Part shown: piece after piece, positions 37,591 through 50,640 of the stretch
How the letters are laid out: every line of letters begins with the position of its first letter
How positions within the stretch are numbered: the stretch's first letter is position 1
NCBI GenBank assembly: GCA_013239625.1
Contig: MU054204.1
Location: 520,879-584,878 of the forward strand
Reading direction: 5' to 3'
DNA length: 64,000 nucleotides
Source: Lama guanicoe
Taxonomy: Eukaryota
Translations under genes and position numbers: made by a program
The notes under the pieces: generated by a model
Told to the model about the DNA's origin: nothing
Databases searched by the model: none
The model's input: only the letters and a program-made list of their open reading frames with translations

Positions 37591-39407
37591 TTGAGAGACA
37601 CAAACACTTGGGCTCATTAATCCTAACTGTTCTAATCACCACCTGTTCTCACTGATTTCTCTTCCAGAATTGAATAGAATGTTTCTCTTAACTTACCTTA
37701 AATATTCAGATCTATGATCAGAAGCCCTTCTGATTTTCTTTTTTCTGGGGGGCAGGGGGGCAAAATTCCCGGCAGTATGAGTATCTTTACAGGGACAGCA
37801 GACACAGATTTTTTCTCCAGACTTCAATTTGATTTTCTATTTATAGTCTTTGTTTCCTTTCCCAGTGATCCCTGCTCTCTTACTCATGGGAAGAAGAAAG
37901 TCTGTGCTTTGCGTGGACTAATTCACAAAAATCAAAAGTACACTAACTACTGGTAGTAAAGACCCACTGGGCTTAGCCTATTACCATGTAAGTTATACTC
38001 CCAAATTTGGGGCAAACACTGATTTCAAATTAATCCCCCAATACCCCATTGCAACCACATATATGCTTACACATGATAAGTCTTGTGGTAAAATTTAGGG
38101 GTCAAAAATACTGCCACCAAATCCACAGAAGGAAAGAAGAAATATGTATTGAATTTCTACTTGACACTAAGTCATGTATTCCCTTGACCCTTATTATGAG
38201 TTGAGTGTCCTTATATGTGTTTTTGCAGAGAAAACTGCTGAGATTTGTAAGTTAAATTACTTGTCCAAGGACACACACTAAATAAGTGATGTAGCTGAGT
38301 TTCAAATCCGGGTTTGTTTAATTCCAAAATATATACTCCTTTTTACTGTCCTAAATTGGCTTTTGCCTAAATATATGTGTTTGGAAATATAAGGATCTGC
38401 ATGTTTTTCCTACAACAGCAACTAGCTTTTAGAAGCCAATTGATAGGACATGGATCCCTGAACATTTGAGAACATCCTTTTTCATTGTCCTCCCCAGGTA
38501 TGTTGTACCCCACTCACTTTCATTTTATGAATATTTATCAAGTACCTACTATGGGTAAGTTGTGGCACTCTGGGTACTTTGCCTGTCAGACATAACTCGG
38601 CTATGACACATATTAGTGACTTACCAAGAGACCGTTATACTGAGGTTTGCCTTCCTGGCATGCTCAGTTTTGAAATAATTTCTATTCCTGGGCTCAGGAT
38701 GTATCCTTTGCTGCCATCTTTAATTTGATGGGAGGCTACTTTATGGCAGTAGACCTGAGCAACATTAATCATTTTGTTCTGTTATGTCTTGGTCTTCCCT
38801 TCTTCTCTTGATGAAGCAAATACCAAATTTCAGCATCTTTAGCAGCAGTTCCTAACAAGGAGGTGGTAGGTTAGGGAAGTGGCATGATTTGCTCATATAG
38901 CAGTTTACTACTGGAGCCCAAGCTCTGTGGAATTTATAGTCCATTAAGCCCACTGTCTTTCCCAGGTGCCATGTTGCTGCCCATACTGCATCCATGTACA
39001 AATGTTTCTGGGAAAACTCACTAGTTGGATCATTCAAATTTCTTGTGGTTTTGCAAATTATCCACTCTCTCTCACCCCACATCAACCCTCAGTTTCCAGC
39101 AGAGAGGTGCTAGGTGTACAGTATAATGAATAGAAATGTGTGTAGGCTTTAGAATCAGATAGACCTGGGTTCAAAGTCATCCCCCTTTGTAAATGCATGT
39201 GATCTTGGAAAAGTCAGTTGACCATTCTGAGCTTCAGTGCCTTATCTGTAATATGAGGCCAATAATATTACCTTGCAATATTATTGTATTAGCATTAATG
39301 GATATAACTTGTTTAGCAGGATGCCTAACTATAGACATTTCAGAAAAGGTGTGGATATCAGAATTTTGTTTGTGAGTACACTACTTTTTTAATTGCCAAA
39401 TAGATGA

Positions 39408-39875
39408 TTTTTTTATTGAAGTATAGTTGATTTACAGTGCTGTGCTAGTTTCTGGTATACAGTATAGTAACTCAGTTATACATATATATATTCTTTTTCA
39501 TTATAGGTTATTACAAGGTATTGAATATAGTTCCCTATGCTATATAGTAGGAACTTTTTGTTTATCTATTTTATATATAGTAGTGTGTATCTGCTAATCC
39601 CAAACTCCTAATGAACCTCTCCTCCCTTTTCTCCTTTCCCCTCTGGTAACCATAAGTTTGTTTTCTATGTCTGTGGGTCTGTTTCTGTTTTGTATATAAG
39701 TTCATCTGTGTCATGTTTTTAGGTTCCACATATAAGAATTATCATATGATATTTGTCTTTCTCTGACTGACTGATTTCATTTAATATGATAATCTTTAGG
39801 TCCATCCATGTTACTGTAAATGGCACTATTTCATTCTTTTTTATGGCTGAGTCATATTCCATTATATATACATAC

Positions 39876-39916
<41 letters not shown>

Positions 39917-40000
39917 AATATACATACACATTACATCTTCTTTATCCAGTCATCTGTCAATAGACATTTAGGTTGTCTCCATGTCTTGGGTATTGTAAAT
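39408..40000 (-). mobile_element. 5'-truncated L1 3' UTR
   Basis: ttttattgaagtatagttgatttacag...ccatgtcttgggtattgtaaat. Confidence 0.9.
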
Positions 40001-40688
40001 TACTTTTTAATCACATTATGAGGAGCAAAAGGGGTTAGCTGTGTCTCTATATTTCCCTGTGTGTCAATTGTAGTGTATGTATATTTCTATTAGTGAGTCT
40101 GTTTCACACTGACTCTCCCCCACCACTGCCCTGTTCCTTCCCTTTCTTAAGCAATCCTAATTCGTAGGCCCTGTTTCCAATTAAAGAATGGTCCCCTCCC
40201 CCTACCAGAGGACAATTTTGCCTACTGTTTATTTTTTGTGTAATTCAGGTCTTGCTTCCCCCCCAAGTCTCAGTTGACAATCCTTCTCTTCCCATTTTAG
40301 TCAGCAGTGCTCTCTCCCCAGCAATTTAGACCAGGGAGTTGCACACGTGGATTAAGGCACCATCTCAGGGCATATGAAATGGTGGTTGTGAGATGGTTCC
40401 AGACCTGGTGAGAATCATATGTATCACTGATGGGAAAATGAGTACCATTTGTCATCTACAAGTCTGTGAGTGTTTGCACCCCCCAGCCACCCCTCCATGC
40501 TCATTCTAGTCTTATTTCTTTTCTACTCCTCCTCTCTCCCTCCTTTCCAGGCCTATCAGCTTGACTTATAATACCACTGATGTCTTTCTTCCTCTCTCTT
40601 GCTCCCTCTCCCTTAGTGCATTTGTATTTTTTTGGTGGCCCCTTCAGTTAGGCTATCAAGAGTTGAGCAGCACAAAATCCAGATGGTA

Positions 40689-41155
40689 GAAGGGTTTGGG
40701 GTATAGCTCAAGTGGTAGAGTTTGTGCTTAGCATGCACAAGGTCCTAGGTTTAATCATTAAATAAAATATATAAATTAACCTATTTACCTCCCCCCAAAA
40801 AGAAATTTTTTTAAAAGACAAAAATTAGCAAAGGAGGTGAGTAGACCATTTTCAATAAAGGAAAAAAAAATACATGTCTTAAACATATGAAAAGATGCTC
40901 AGCCTCACTCATAATCTTCCTCCTCTCAAATTGGCAAACATCTCCATGAAGTCTGAGAGGCACAGTTGGTGGGGTGGCAGGCAGGATCACACACTGCTGG
41001 TGGGAGGGCAAAAAGGTAACTTCTCCACCTTCTATCAAGAATAGATCCTATGGGGTAGGGGGTGGTGAGTATAGCTCAGTGGTAGAGTCTGTGCTTAGAA
41101 TGCATGAGGTCCTGGATTCAAACCCCAGCACCTCCATTTGAAAAAAAAAAAAAAC
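40689..41155 (+). mobile_element. Composite SINE (40689-~40812) + old L1 ORF2 relic (~40813-41045) + SINE (~41052-41155)
   Basis: Two tRNA-derived heads; middle has aaacatatgaaaagatgctcagcctcact and cacactgctggtgggag; outer direct repeat cagatggta. Confidence 0.8.
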
Positions 41156-41717
41156 AACTCAGATGGTAACAGTCAGCCTCACTCTAAGCCCTGGCTGGTG
41201 GGTGTCAGAATTTGATTACTGTAGTTAGTAGCTATTTAGGAGTTGAGCAGTCTTAATCCCTTAAATATAGCCTGGCTAGAAAGCAGGGTGGAGTTGGGTG
41301 CAGGTTTACCAGGTGTTTGCCTGCAGGGAGAAATTGGAAAAGGATGGATGGTGTTTCAACAGGAAAATAAATGAAGGCCCAAAACTATGAAAAGAGTAGC
41401 AGTAGGTCTGAGAGTAAAGCATATGAACAAGCTGTGGGAAGTGGCCCCTGAGAAGGGAAGGGAACAGTCTTTCCTAGTAAGACCCTTGTAGAATGTTTTT
41501 GTGCAGTAGTTGCCGGGCCAAGTTAATTGTTTATTGTTGCTACTAGGAATCATCCAGGTCAGAGAAGAATTTCCCTTTGGGGATCAGCATGGTATTACCT
41601 TCATTAACCACGAGGATGCCTGCCAATGGGACACTTGACCGTGCGTGTATACCAGCACTGATGGCAAAGAGTTATATTGCTGGATGGCAGAAAAGGGACA
41701 AGAAGAGAGAATTGAAC

Positions 41718-41960
41718 TTTTTTTTTAATTGAAGTATAGTCAGTTACAATGTGTCAATTTCTGGTGTACAGCATAATGTCCCAGTCATGCATATACATAC
41801 CTATATTCATTTTCATATTCTTTTTCATTAAAGGTTATTACAAGATATTGAATATAATTCCCTGTGCTTTACATAAGATATTTGGGGTTTTATCTACAGT
41901 AGTTAACATTTGCAAATCTCAAACTCCCAAAGTTATCCGTTCCTACCCCGTTCCCCCCAT
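41718..41960 (-). mobile_element. 5'-truncated L1 3' UTR
   Basis: Poly-T + aattgaagtatagtcagttacaatgtgtcaatttctggtgtacagc; ends at the C-rich tract. Confidence 0.88.
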
Positions 41961-43284
41961 TTTTTAAAAATACAAACTATTAATCAAAATGATAGACAAC
42001 ACAGAAAACATAAAATGTAGAGATACAGTGAAAAGAGCCTTGCACTAGAAGTCAGGAGGCCAGACTAGTTTACAGAGTGACCTTGGGCAAGTCACTTCAC
42101 TTCCCAGAGTTCACAGTGTTTTAATCTCCAAAAAAGTCCATAGGATTATACCTTGCTGACTCCTCAGGGTTGTTTTCAGAATCAAGTGAGAACCCTCAAG
42201 ATCTTTATAGCTGATAAAGGGCTGTGTAAATTAAACAATTCTTAGTACCTTAATTACTTTAGCACATAATGTTAAAAACAGAAATGAAACTAAACCATAT
42301 AGCTGTGATTCACACCACCAATCTCCCCGCCCAGTCCTGCCTCCTTCTGTCAACTGACATAGGATACAGTATAACTTGAAATAAGACCAGTGATTTAAAC
42401 CTTCCTTTTTTTCTTTCAGTGAAGGAAGAACTGGTCTTCCATGTCCTGTAAAACTCGAAGAGAGATTTTAGCTCTGCCATTTATTAACCTATTAGGGAAG
42501 TTACCTAATCTCTCTAAGCTCAGTCTTTCAGTCTATAAAATGAGGATTGTTATGGCACCTACATTTTAGAATTGTGATTAAGCTCAAATGAGATACCCCA
42601 TATACCATGATTTAACACAGTGCTTCCCACATAGTACAGACTCACCAACTGTTAGTAATTCATATTACTACTACTACAACTACTGCTGCTGCTGCTGCTA
42701 CTCCAGGAAGGTTGTTCCTTTTAGCAACTGGCACAGATTTTCAATTTTGTTACCTGGCCAGGAATTTCTCTGTCACCAAAACCAACAACATAATCTCTTC
42801 CTTGACAGATGAGTGTCTCCTTCAATCACAGCTTTTCCGTCCATATTCCCTCCAGGTGTGGTGGGCTATCAAACTACCATACCTCCTGCCTCCACGTGAG
42901 GCAATTTTGCTCAGCCACTGACAGTCCCCTGTTCAGAGGCAGCAAGGTTATCCACAGCTTTAGGGGTTAGTGGAGGCTCCCACGGGTCTTCCCCCCACCC
43001 TACCCCCAAGCAGATCCCACTCCTGAGGTGCCCTGAGACCTTGCTCCTGCTCTCACCTACCACTGATGGAGCAATGCAGGCAAGCAAACACACACACACA
43101 CACCCCCTAAATGCACACGTGCCTCCCACTCCCCCCCCACACACAACCTCTAGTGAATTAGTGAGTTTCATCTTCCCTAGACTACTAGTGCTGCAAGAAG
43201 CAAGCAGAACCAAATGGTTCTAGCATCAGTTTCTGTCTACCAACCTCACAATTCTTGTCAACACCACTTCATAAGGCTAAGAAA

Positions 43285-43478
43285 AATATATAAAAATAGA
43301 TTAAAAAACACATTTATTCTGTATAGCACAGGGTACTATATTCAATATCTTGTAATAACCTTTAATGAAAAAATATAAAAATGAATATATGTGTGTATAT
43401 GCATGACTGGGACATTGTGCTGTACACCAGAAATTGACACGTTGTAACTGACTGCACTTCAATGAAAAAATAAATAAA
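43285..43478 (+). mobile_element. 5'-truncated L1 3' UTR
   Basis: ctgtatagcacagggtactatattcaatatcttg...ccagaaattgacacgttgtaactgac. Confidence 0.88.
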
Positions 43479-43939
43479 GGTAACAACAATCATGAATTAA
43501 GATGACTAATGCAAAGTAAAATAATTCAATTAATATTTGCTGGAAAAAAATGAAAACTCACACATCCTCTCTTTGTTATCTCATCACTTCAGCTGCCAGA
43601 GGACCTGTTAGTGAAGGTCTTCTTAGGTCCTGTGTGTGTCTTCAGATGGCTGTCTGCATGGGGCCAGTTTGGCAATAAGGCAATCTCCCCAACTCCTCAA
43701 GTACATGTGGTTAGGGGACATGGGCTCACGGCACCCACATTATTAGAGGCATCGGAAGCCATGAATGGAAAGAGGTGTGTTTAAAGACCAACGCACAGGA
43801 AGCACCAATTGAATCTCCATCACTTCGCTATTTGAGTGAGTTGTAGGCAAAGGAGCTACACATTTACATACTTACAAGGTTCCTTTTGGCCTTAGGTTGC
43901 AAGCATTCTAAGACACCTCTAAAGGCTGAAGTCCTTTAA

Positions 43940-44040
43940 GGGGGGAGGGTATAGCTCAGTGGTAGAGTGCATGCTTAGCAAGCATGAGGTCCTGGCTTCT
44001 ATCCCTGTTATCTCCATTAAAAATAAATAAATAAAAATTA
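43940..44040 (+). mobile_element. tRNA-derived SINE (short form)
   Basis: TSD aaag(g/a)ctgaagtcc. Confidence 0.92.
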
Positions 44041-46054
44041 AAGACTGAAGTCCCCAGGTTTAGGGACTCCTAGACATGGTCCAGCATATTTTTACAAAGT
44101 ATCAAAATATGCAAAATATGGCATTATGACATTTTAGGCACCTCTCCAAAAAAAAACTGATTTTTTCCTCCCCATTTGTGAAATCATTTGCAGTACCTAG
44201 TCTTCTTCAGCTAAACTAGTGGGAAGTCTGCAGACATTACTGGTCATGGCTCCTCCTGCTAGGTGAAATAGTGGCCCCTGGGGGGAGAAATAAGTGGACT
44301 GAAGTGATCCTTAAGTTGGATCTGACACCCAAGCCAGACCATGACCATCATCCTTTAGGTGCTCAAGATTTTGAGAGGACAGGTGGTAAACAGACCTGAG
44401 TCAAACAGGCCTGGCTTTAAACCCCAACTCTGCCACTCACCAAGATTTGGAATGAGTCAACCTCTCTAATCTTCAGCTTCTCCAGCTCCCTCACAGGACT
44501 GTTTCTGTGGACGTGAAATAGATCATGCCTGTAAGGCAAGGACAAATAGCAGTTGTTTGTCAGCCAGAAACAACTCTCTTCCTTTGGAGAGGGATAATTG
44601 AAGAGAAACTTAGAGAAGATATTGCTGCCCTAGCTGTTTCTATGAGGACATCACCAGAGTCAGAACAGGGTCCACTGGTCTCATAGTAGGTGTTAGGAGA
44701 AAGAAGTCATGTGGTTTGGTGGTGGAACCTAAGGGCTAGAAGTAGTTGTCAGGGAGTAGTGTCCTCAAGAGAAGAAACATCCAAAGAATGTTAGATGATC
44801 CTATCCATCTCTGGCTACTGATGATCAGGTGAAAGGATGGAGAAGAAACCAGTTGAAAGCAGGCATGTTTTGTCATTCTTCGTAAGTCAGCGGCACTAGA
44901 TAAGATAACGGGTCTCCTGGCATCTGTGAGCTTGGTTAAGTTAAAGACCAGTATCCAAAATTCCCTGGTGTCTTTCCTTTTGGGACTTTGTGTGACCACA
45001 GAAGTTCCTTTTCATGGCAGTAGCAATAGGGGTCTTCCACTAAGCTTCTATGTAGACTGCTCCTTTCACTGGATTTCCTGCTTGCAAGCTTTTGGTTCTC
45101 CCAAGTCTAAAAACCAATCCTTCCTTCCCCTAGTTGACATCTTTCATCTTCCCTGCATTTGCAGAGCAAAACCAACCATTTGCAAGAAGCCTTCCCCTAA
45201 GTCACTTCTCTCAAATTTCCAAAGCTATGACCCAGTCTGTCTCCTTGATCCCACTCTTGGAGTCAAGCCATGCTCCTGCTGGTCTCCTCACATCCCTTTC
45301 CATGATATTCTGCTGAAGCCCCCCAAAACTATGTGCATAATCCAAGAGTTACTGCCAATACAGGGCAAACTCAATGGCTGTGCTTGTAGGAAACCACTCA
45401 CATTCAAGAGGTCAGTGAGGATTCTCCACACCACTGAAATAGAGTGGCCAGAAGCCCAGTCCTGGTTCTGTCACTAATCTGCTCTTTGATTTGGGTAAGT
45501 GTAGCCCCTCTTGGGGTCTGATTTTCATCATCGTTAGCAGGATAGGGAGGGAGATTACACATTACTAAAATCAGGTTAGCTCTGAAAGTTAAAAGGCAGC
45601 TTTGTGGCAAGAGCACAGACTTTGAACCACATCGACCCAAGCTTGTATCCCCACCCTGAGGCAAGTTTCCAGTGGTCTCTCCTAGCAGTGAAAAGGCTTG
45701 TTCAAGGCTGCACAGTTCAATGCAGCACAACCAGCATTCAAAACCAGCATACAAAAGACTCAGCCCAGCTCTTCCCCCTTATGGCTGCTGCTAGTCCCAG
45801 GACAATTACCAAGAGCCAGGTTACTGCTTTCTGCGCTTTGTCAGCCTGGGTCCAAATTGCTCACCTCCTCCTTAGTCCACAAGCAATTAAAGTCCTTACC
45901 ATCCCTCGGAAACTCCAATCATAGAAAAAGAAAAAGAGGAGAGCGATTTGAGAAGACATCTGGTTTTAGGCTCTATGGTCCCAGTGGACTAGTTTTAATG
46001 TTACCAACCCTTGATATTTATCTTATCAATGTACTCACACCAATGTCAAATTGA

Positions 46055-46365
46055 CATGTATATACAGAATCATTGCAGCGTTGTTTGTAATAGAATAAGA
46101 TTTTAAACCACGATCCATCAATAGGGCACTGTTTAAATAAATCATATTACATTCATACAATGGAATGCCATGCAACTAGAAAAAGAAATAAGGCAGCCCA
46201 AGTATGTAGCAATATGGAAAGTACTCCGTGATATATTAAGTGTAGAAAGCAAGAAACAAAACATTGTGCCTAGAGAGTTATGATATACGTGAAGAAGAAA
46301 GAATATATGTGTATACATGTTTGTGCTTGTGTATAAAGTATCTTTGGAATGATATATAAGAACTA
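46055..46365 (+). mobile_element. Old L1ME-like fragment
   Basis: tcattgcagcgttgtttgtaatag...tccatcaataggg...cattcatacaatggaatgccatgcaac. Confidence 0.75.
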
Positions 46366-46545
46366 GTTAAAGTTTATGCCTATTCATGTAACATCGCATC
46401 ATTTTCAACTGTTTTAGTTCACGAATAGAGAGCAGGGACATGGTTGCTCCACTGTAATTCTTCCTTAGCACAGGAAGCAGTGGGAGGGATTTGCAATTGT
46501 AGTCCTTGCAGACCTGAACAGTAGGAAGACCTGGCTGCTGAGTGC

Positions 46546-46634
46546 TAGGGTGACCAGCAGATCTCGGTTTGCCCGTGACTCTCTTGGTTTTAGCACTGAA
46601 AGTCCTGAGAAAACTGGGACAGTTGGTCACACTA
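46546..46634. mobile_element. MER81/MER94-like hAT MITE
   Basis: Terminal inverted repeats tagggtgacca ... tggtcacacta; internal ggttttagcactgaaagtcc. Confidence 0.8.
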
Positions 46635-48060
46635 GTCCTCATTCTTCTGCTTGAGTCAGCCAGTCTCACTAGTACCAGGGAGGGGATCTCCCAGTAGTGG
46701 GATGAGTGGAGCTGGGGCACAGCCCCTGCCTCCACCATCCACAAGGGACAGACACTTAGAGAGTGGCTGGCAGGTACAAACTCTGCCAGCTATTCTCAGC
46801 CAACAGACAAGGAAATTGCGGCTCAGAGAGGTTAAGTGATTTGCCCAAGGTCACACAGCTAGTAAAGGCTGGAGCCAATCTGTCTGACTCCTGCTCCATC
46901 AACAGGACCTTGGGGAATATAAATCTTTCAGTGAAGCAGTGGGCCTGGACTTTCTTAATGCCTAAAGCACCCGGAGTTGCATTTTAACCAAATCAAACAT
47001 TGTTGCTCTGAATCAACTTTGGCAGGCCTGTGTTAGGCAATGGCTTTCTTCCTGTCACCGCCACCCCCAAAGCAAAGAGAATAGATGTTCCAGGTTTGAG
47101 GACTGAAGGAACCGTTCCTAGCCAGAAATCTGGCTTCCCCAGCTGTGCTCCTAGTGGAAGTCCATTTTCACCAGGGGAGTGATAATCTACTCATCCCAAC
47201 TTGATCCAAGCCTCCCTCCCAAGAGCAGCATGAGGAAGGAAAACCAAAGAGCAGCCAGCTAATAACAGGTAGTGGTGGAGGTCATGATGCTTGCCTACTT
47301 TTTGATTGGGTGGAGGTGGAATTCAATTTGGCTGTGTGATAGGGGTTTCTTTTGCTAGGAAAGGGTAGGAGAATCCTCCAAAACTTCAGCCATCAAAAAC
47401 CTGCTGAGCCATAGAAAAACAGATAGTCAAAGCTTTGGGGATTTTGGAGGAGCACAGGAAAAGTTCACAGAGGCAGCCATACTTGCCCTTTCCCAATTAA
47501 GCAGCAGGCAGGTGTTAATTATATAGAGGCAATTGGGCCACTTTACAGACCCTGTTGAGATATTTTATAGAAGATATTTTATAAAGATGGAGCAAGGGAA
47601 ATGCTCACCATCACTGTTGGCAATTAATTTGTATGTGCTGAGTTGTAGAGCGTCAGGGAGAGAGGTCACTGGGGCCAGAGTGCAGGAGTTTCTGGGAATA
47701 ATGGATTTGGGGATGGGCTTATTAAAGAGGATGCAAAAGGAAACTGGAACAGAGCTTTCCAAAGTCTAGCTTTCTTTGCAAGGGCTGCCACAGTTTATGC
47801 AAAGACATTTTGTGTGAATTTTGTAATAGGATATGATTTTAAACACCTATTACAAAATTACTATTTTGTAATTACAAAATTACTATTACAAAATTACTCA
47901 GTACCTCTATCACCTATGCCTCGATAAATCTTGTGCTCTTGGATTTGAATGAAGCCAGTTGATGTCTGTGGTGACTGAACTCGACACCACACTCACTCCC
48001 ACTACAAAACAGCCAGCCTTGAGAGTTTAAGAGTAGAGGTATCAGTGCTATTTGGGTTTT

Positions 48061-48210
48061 TTTTTTAACTTTTTTTTTATTTGGGTTGGTGGGGAGGTAA
48101 TTAGGTTTTTATTTATCTTTATTTATTTAAATGGAAGTACTGGGGATTGAACCCAGACCTCGTGCATGCTAAGAATGGACTCTACCACTGAGCTATGCCC
48201 TCCTCCCCCC
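48061..48210 (-). mobile_element. tRNA-derived SINE (long form)
   Basis: Exact TSD ctatttgggtttt on both sides. Confidence 0.93.
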
Positions 48211-49557
48211 TCTATTTGGGTTTTAATGTCAGATAGAATTCTCAGGAAAGACTTGAAGATCTGCTGGCAATATATTCCAGTTTAAGAAGCATTAGGTGGG
48301 TTACATGGCGTTTCAGGATGTACAAGGATCCAATAACCCTGCCTAATGTCTTCCTACCTGCAGCCTCACAAATATTGCCATGGGAATGTGGCAGCATGGA
48401 TCAAGAGGATTATAGGTGTGCCCCAATTTATGAAATAACCATGTGCCTGTAAAGGTGACCATGAGAAAAAAATTTGGAAGAAATCCTATTCTTCATTGCC
48501 TTCCAAAATATCATTAGAAATGAATTTTCTGACACACATTATAGCCCCAAGATGTGGCAAAATCTCAAAAATGTCCAACAAACATTGATGATCTTGAGAG
48601 TAAAAATTTTAAATAGCTTGAAGATCTCTTGAAAGAAACATACGGGCAAGCCACTTAGGGAAACCAAAGTTCAAGGTGTCCTTCATAGGTCAGAATTAAG
48701 TTTGATGCCCTTCATTACCTACTTCAGACAGCTGCTGGGAAGATTCAATAACAAAAGTAAAAGCACTTTATCCATTGCAAAGTGCTGTATATTTGTGAAT
48801 TCTCCTTACCCTTCTAGTTATTTTTGGACAGTGAGTTTAAAAGAAAAAAAAAACAGGAGAATGCCCCATCTGGAAATTGGAAGTAACACTACATGGTTAT
48901 GGCAAAGGGTCAGTGAAATGATGTTATCTGTGAGAAACCAGGAACTGGGAAGCACTCTACAAATCCTCTTACAAGATAGACCAGGGCACTTCTGCCAATG
49001 CCTCGCTTTGCAAGATGTATTTGTTTGTTTGTTTCTCCAATTTTTGTCTCCTCTCCTTGTTAAGTTTAGTGGCCCCAAGCAGGTACAGGTTTCTTTGCAT
49101 GCACGTATTTTACTGATTTGAGGTAACCCATTGATTGAGTGGTGTTTAACTTCTGCTTGTTCAGACTGGCTTCTGGCGGCTGCTTACGGTGTTTTTAAGT
49201 AAGCCATGGTTTATTTAGAAACATCTCCCAAAGGGGGACAATGTTTAAAGGGAAAGAATCTACAGAAACTCTACCTTCTCCCAACCCAGATTTGGATATT
49301 TGTGGAAGTTCAGAGTTGACAATATAGAGCCTGTGTTTAGAATTTAAGAAACTCTTATATGGCCTTCTAACCTTTCTCCCTACTAGACATCAATCATATA
49401 AACATTTATCTGTCCCCAACTTGGCAATCTATATCTCACATGTACAGGCTCCTCACACACAACCTCTGAACTCATAATAATGCAACCTCCTCTGATGCCA
49501 AAAATACCTACCACTCACTCACTTTGTCCTCTAGAAAAAGTGACAGTAATTATAGTT

Positions 49558-49745
49558 CAGAGATTGCAAACCGGTTGCCTGTGCACTGAGTTTGGCCTCG
49601 TACATGTTTTATTTGGCACCCACAAGCTTTTTATCTGTTTGTTTTTGTTAGTAGTTAATATTTCCTTATTACAAAAATTCGCCCAAATTTTTGCCTGGAT
49701 CGCCAGCTTCTCTTGAAAAATGGAATGAACCAGTAACACCAGTAA
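49558..49745. mobile_element. hAT-Charlie-type MER relic (family uncertain); related copy in opposite orientation at ~51700-51815 and ~52780-52825
   Basis: ttgcaaaccggttgcctgtg...gttttatttggc...ccagcttctcttgaaaaatggaa. Confidence 0.6.
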
Positions 49746-50499
49746 CCATTCAGTCATGATCACCTAGAACTTCACAGCAACTAGGCTTGGGCTTGCCAGT
49801 TCTTCCAGCTATGTTGTTGACTTTTCTATCACCAGGTAGCTTTCTATGGGCACTGAGTAGACAGCCCTACACTTAAAGCTAGTGCCTTCAAAGTGACCAG
49901 CTTAATATCGTGGGATGGAGAGGAGATAATTGTGATTTGGCTGGTGTACTCAGTGACAGGATGTGTGAGTGGATAGCCACTACCTTGATGGAACCTCTCA
50001 TTTGAACCAGAAGGTAAACATTTAGGGCAATGTACATTGAAGCCCCTAAGGCTCTTTCAAATGGTTTCCTGAGCTCACATAACTTCACGTTTTTCTACGT
50101 GAATTATCAGTCCCTTCCCCTCCACTCCCACTACCCGTATCTTTGAGACACGGAATGTATGTGCAACTTCTTTACCTGCCCTAAAGGACCTAGCAAAAAG
50201 TGGAGTCCATAGTAGAAGCTCAGAAACTATGAATTAAGCACTCTATCCAATGATAAATGCATCATGAAGTCTTTCTTTACTTTTCTTGACTGTGACAAAT
50301 GCTAGGTTCATGGAATGAGAACTGAGGGTTTTGATGATTCACTGTGTCCTCATATTAATAGATTAATTAACTAATTAATTAACTGGTTTGTTGTGTCCTT
50401 GGATGGATAACAGGATGCCATTAATTAGCAGGGTACAAGTAAGGGAAGAAAAGAGGACATTTCTTAAGTACCAGAAAGTGCAATTAAAAAGTGATCATT

Positions 50500-50640
50500 G
50501 AATATCAATATCTTGTGTAACCTATAATGAAAAAGAATATGAAAAGGAATATATGTATGTATATGTATGACTGAAACATGATGCTGTACACCAGAAATTG
50601 ACACAGCATTGTAAACTGATTATACTTCAATTTAAAAAAA
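50500..50640 (+). mobile_element. Short L1 3' end
   Basis: TSD aaaaag(tg/ca)atcatt. Confidence 0.88.

Noticed and set aside
39383..39415. Possible ~17-nt 3' transduction of the L1 at 39.4-40.0 kb
   Set aside because: The candidate TSD (tacttttt) is too short and T-rich to trust.
44926..45477. 183-aa ORF
   Set aside because: Non-ATG start, no homology recognised, partly overlapping ancient repeat-like sequence.
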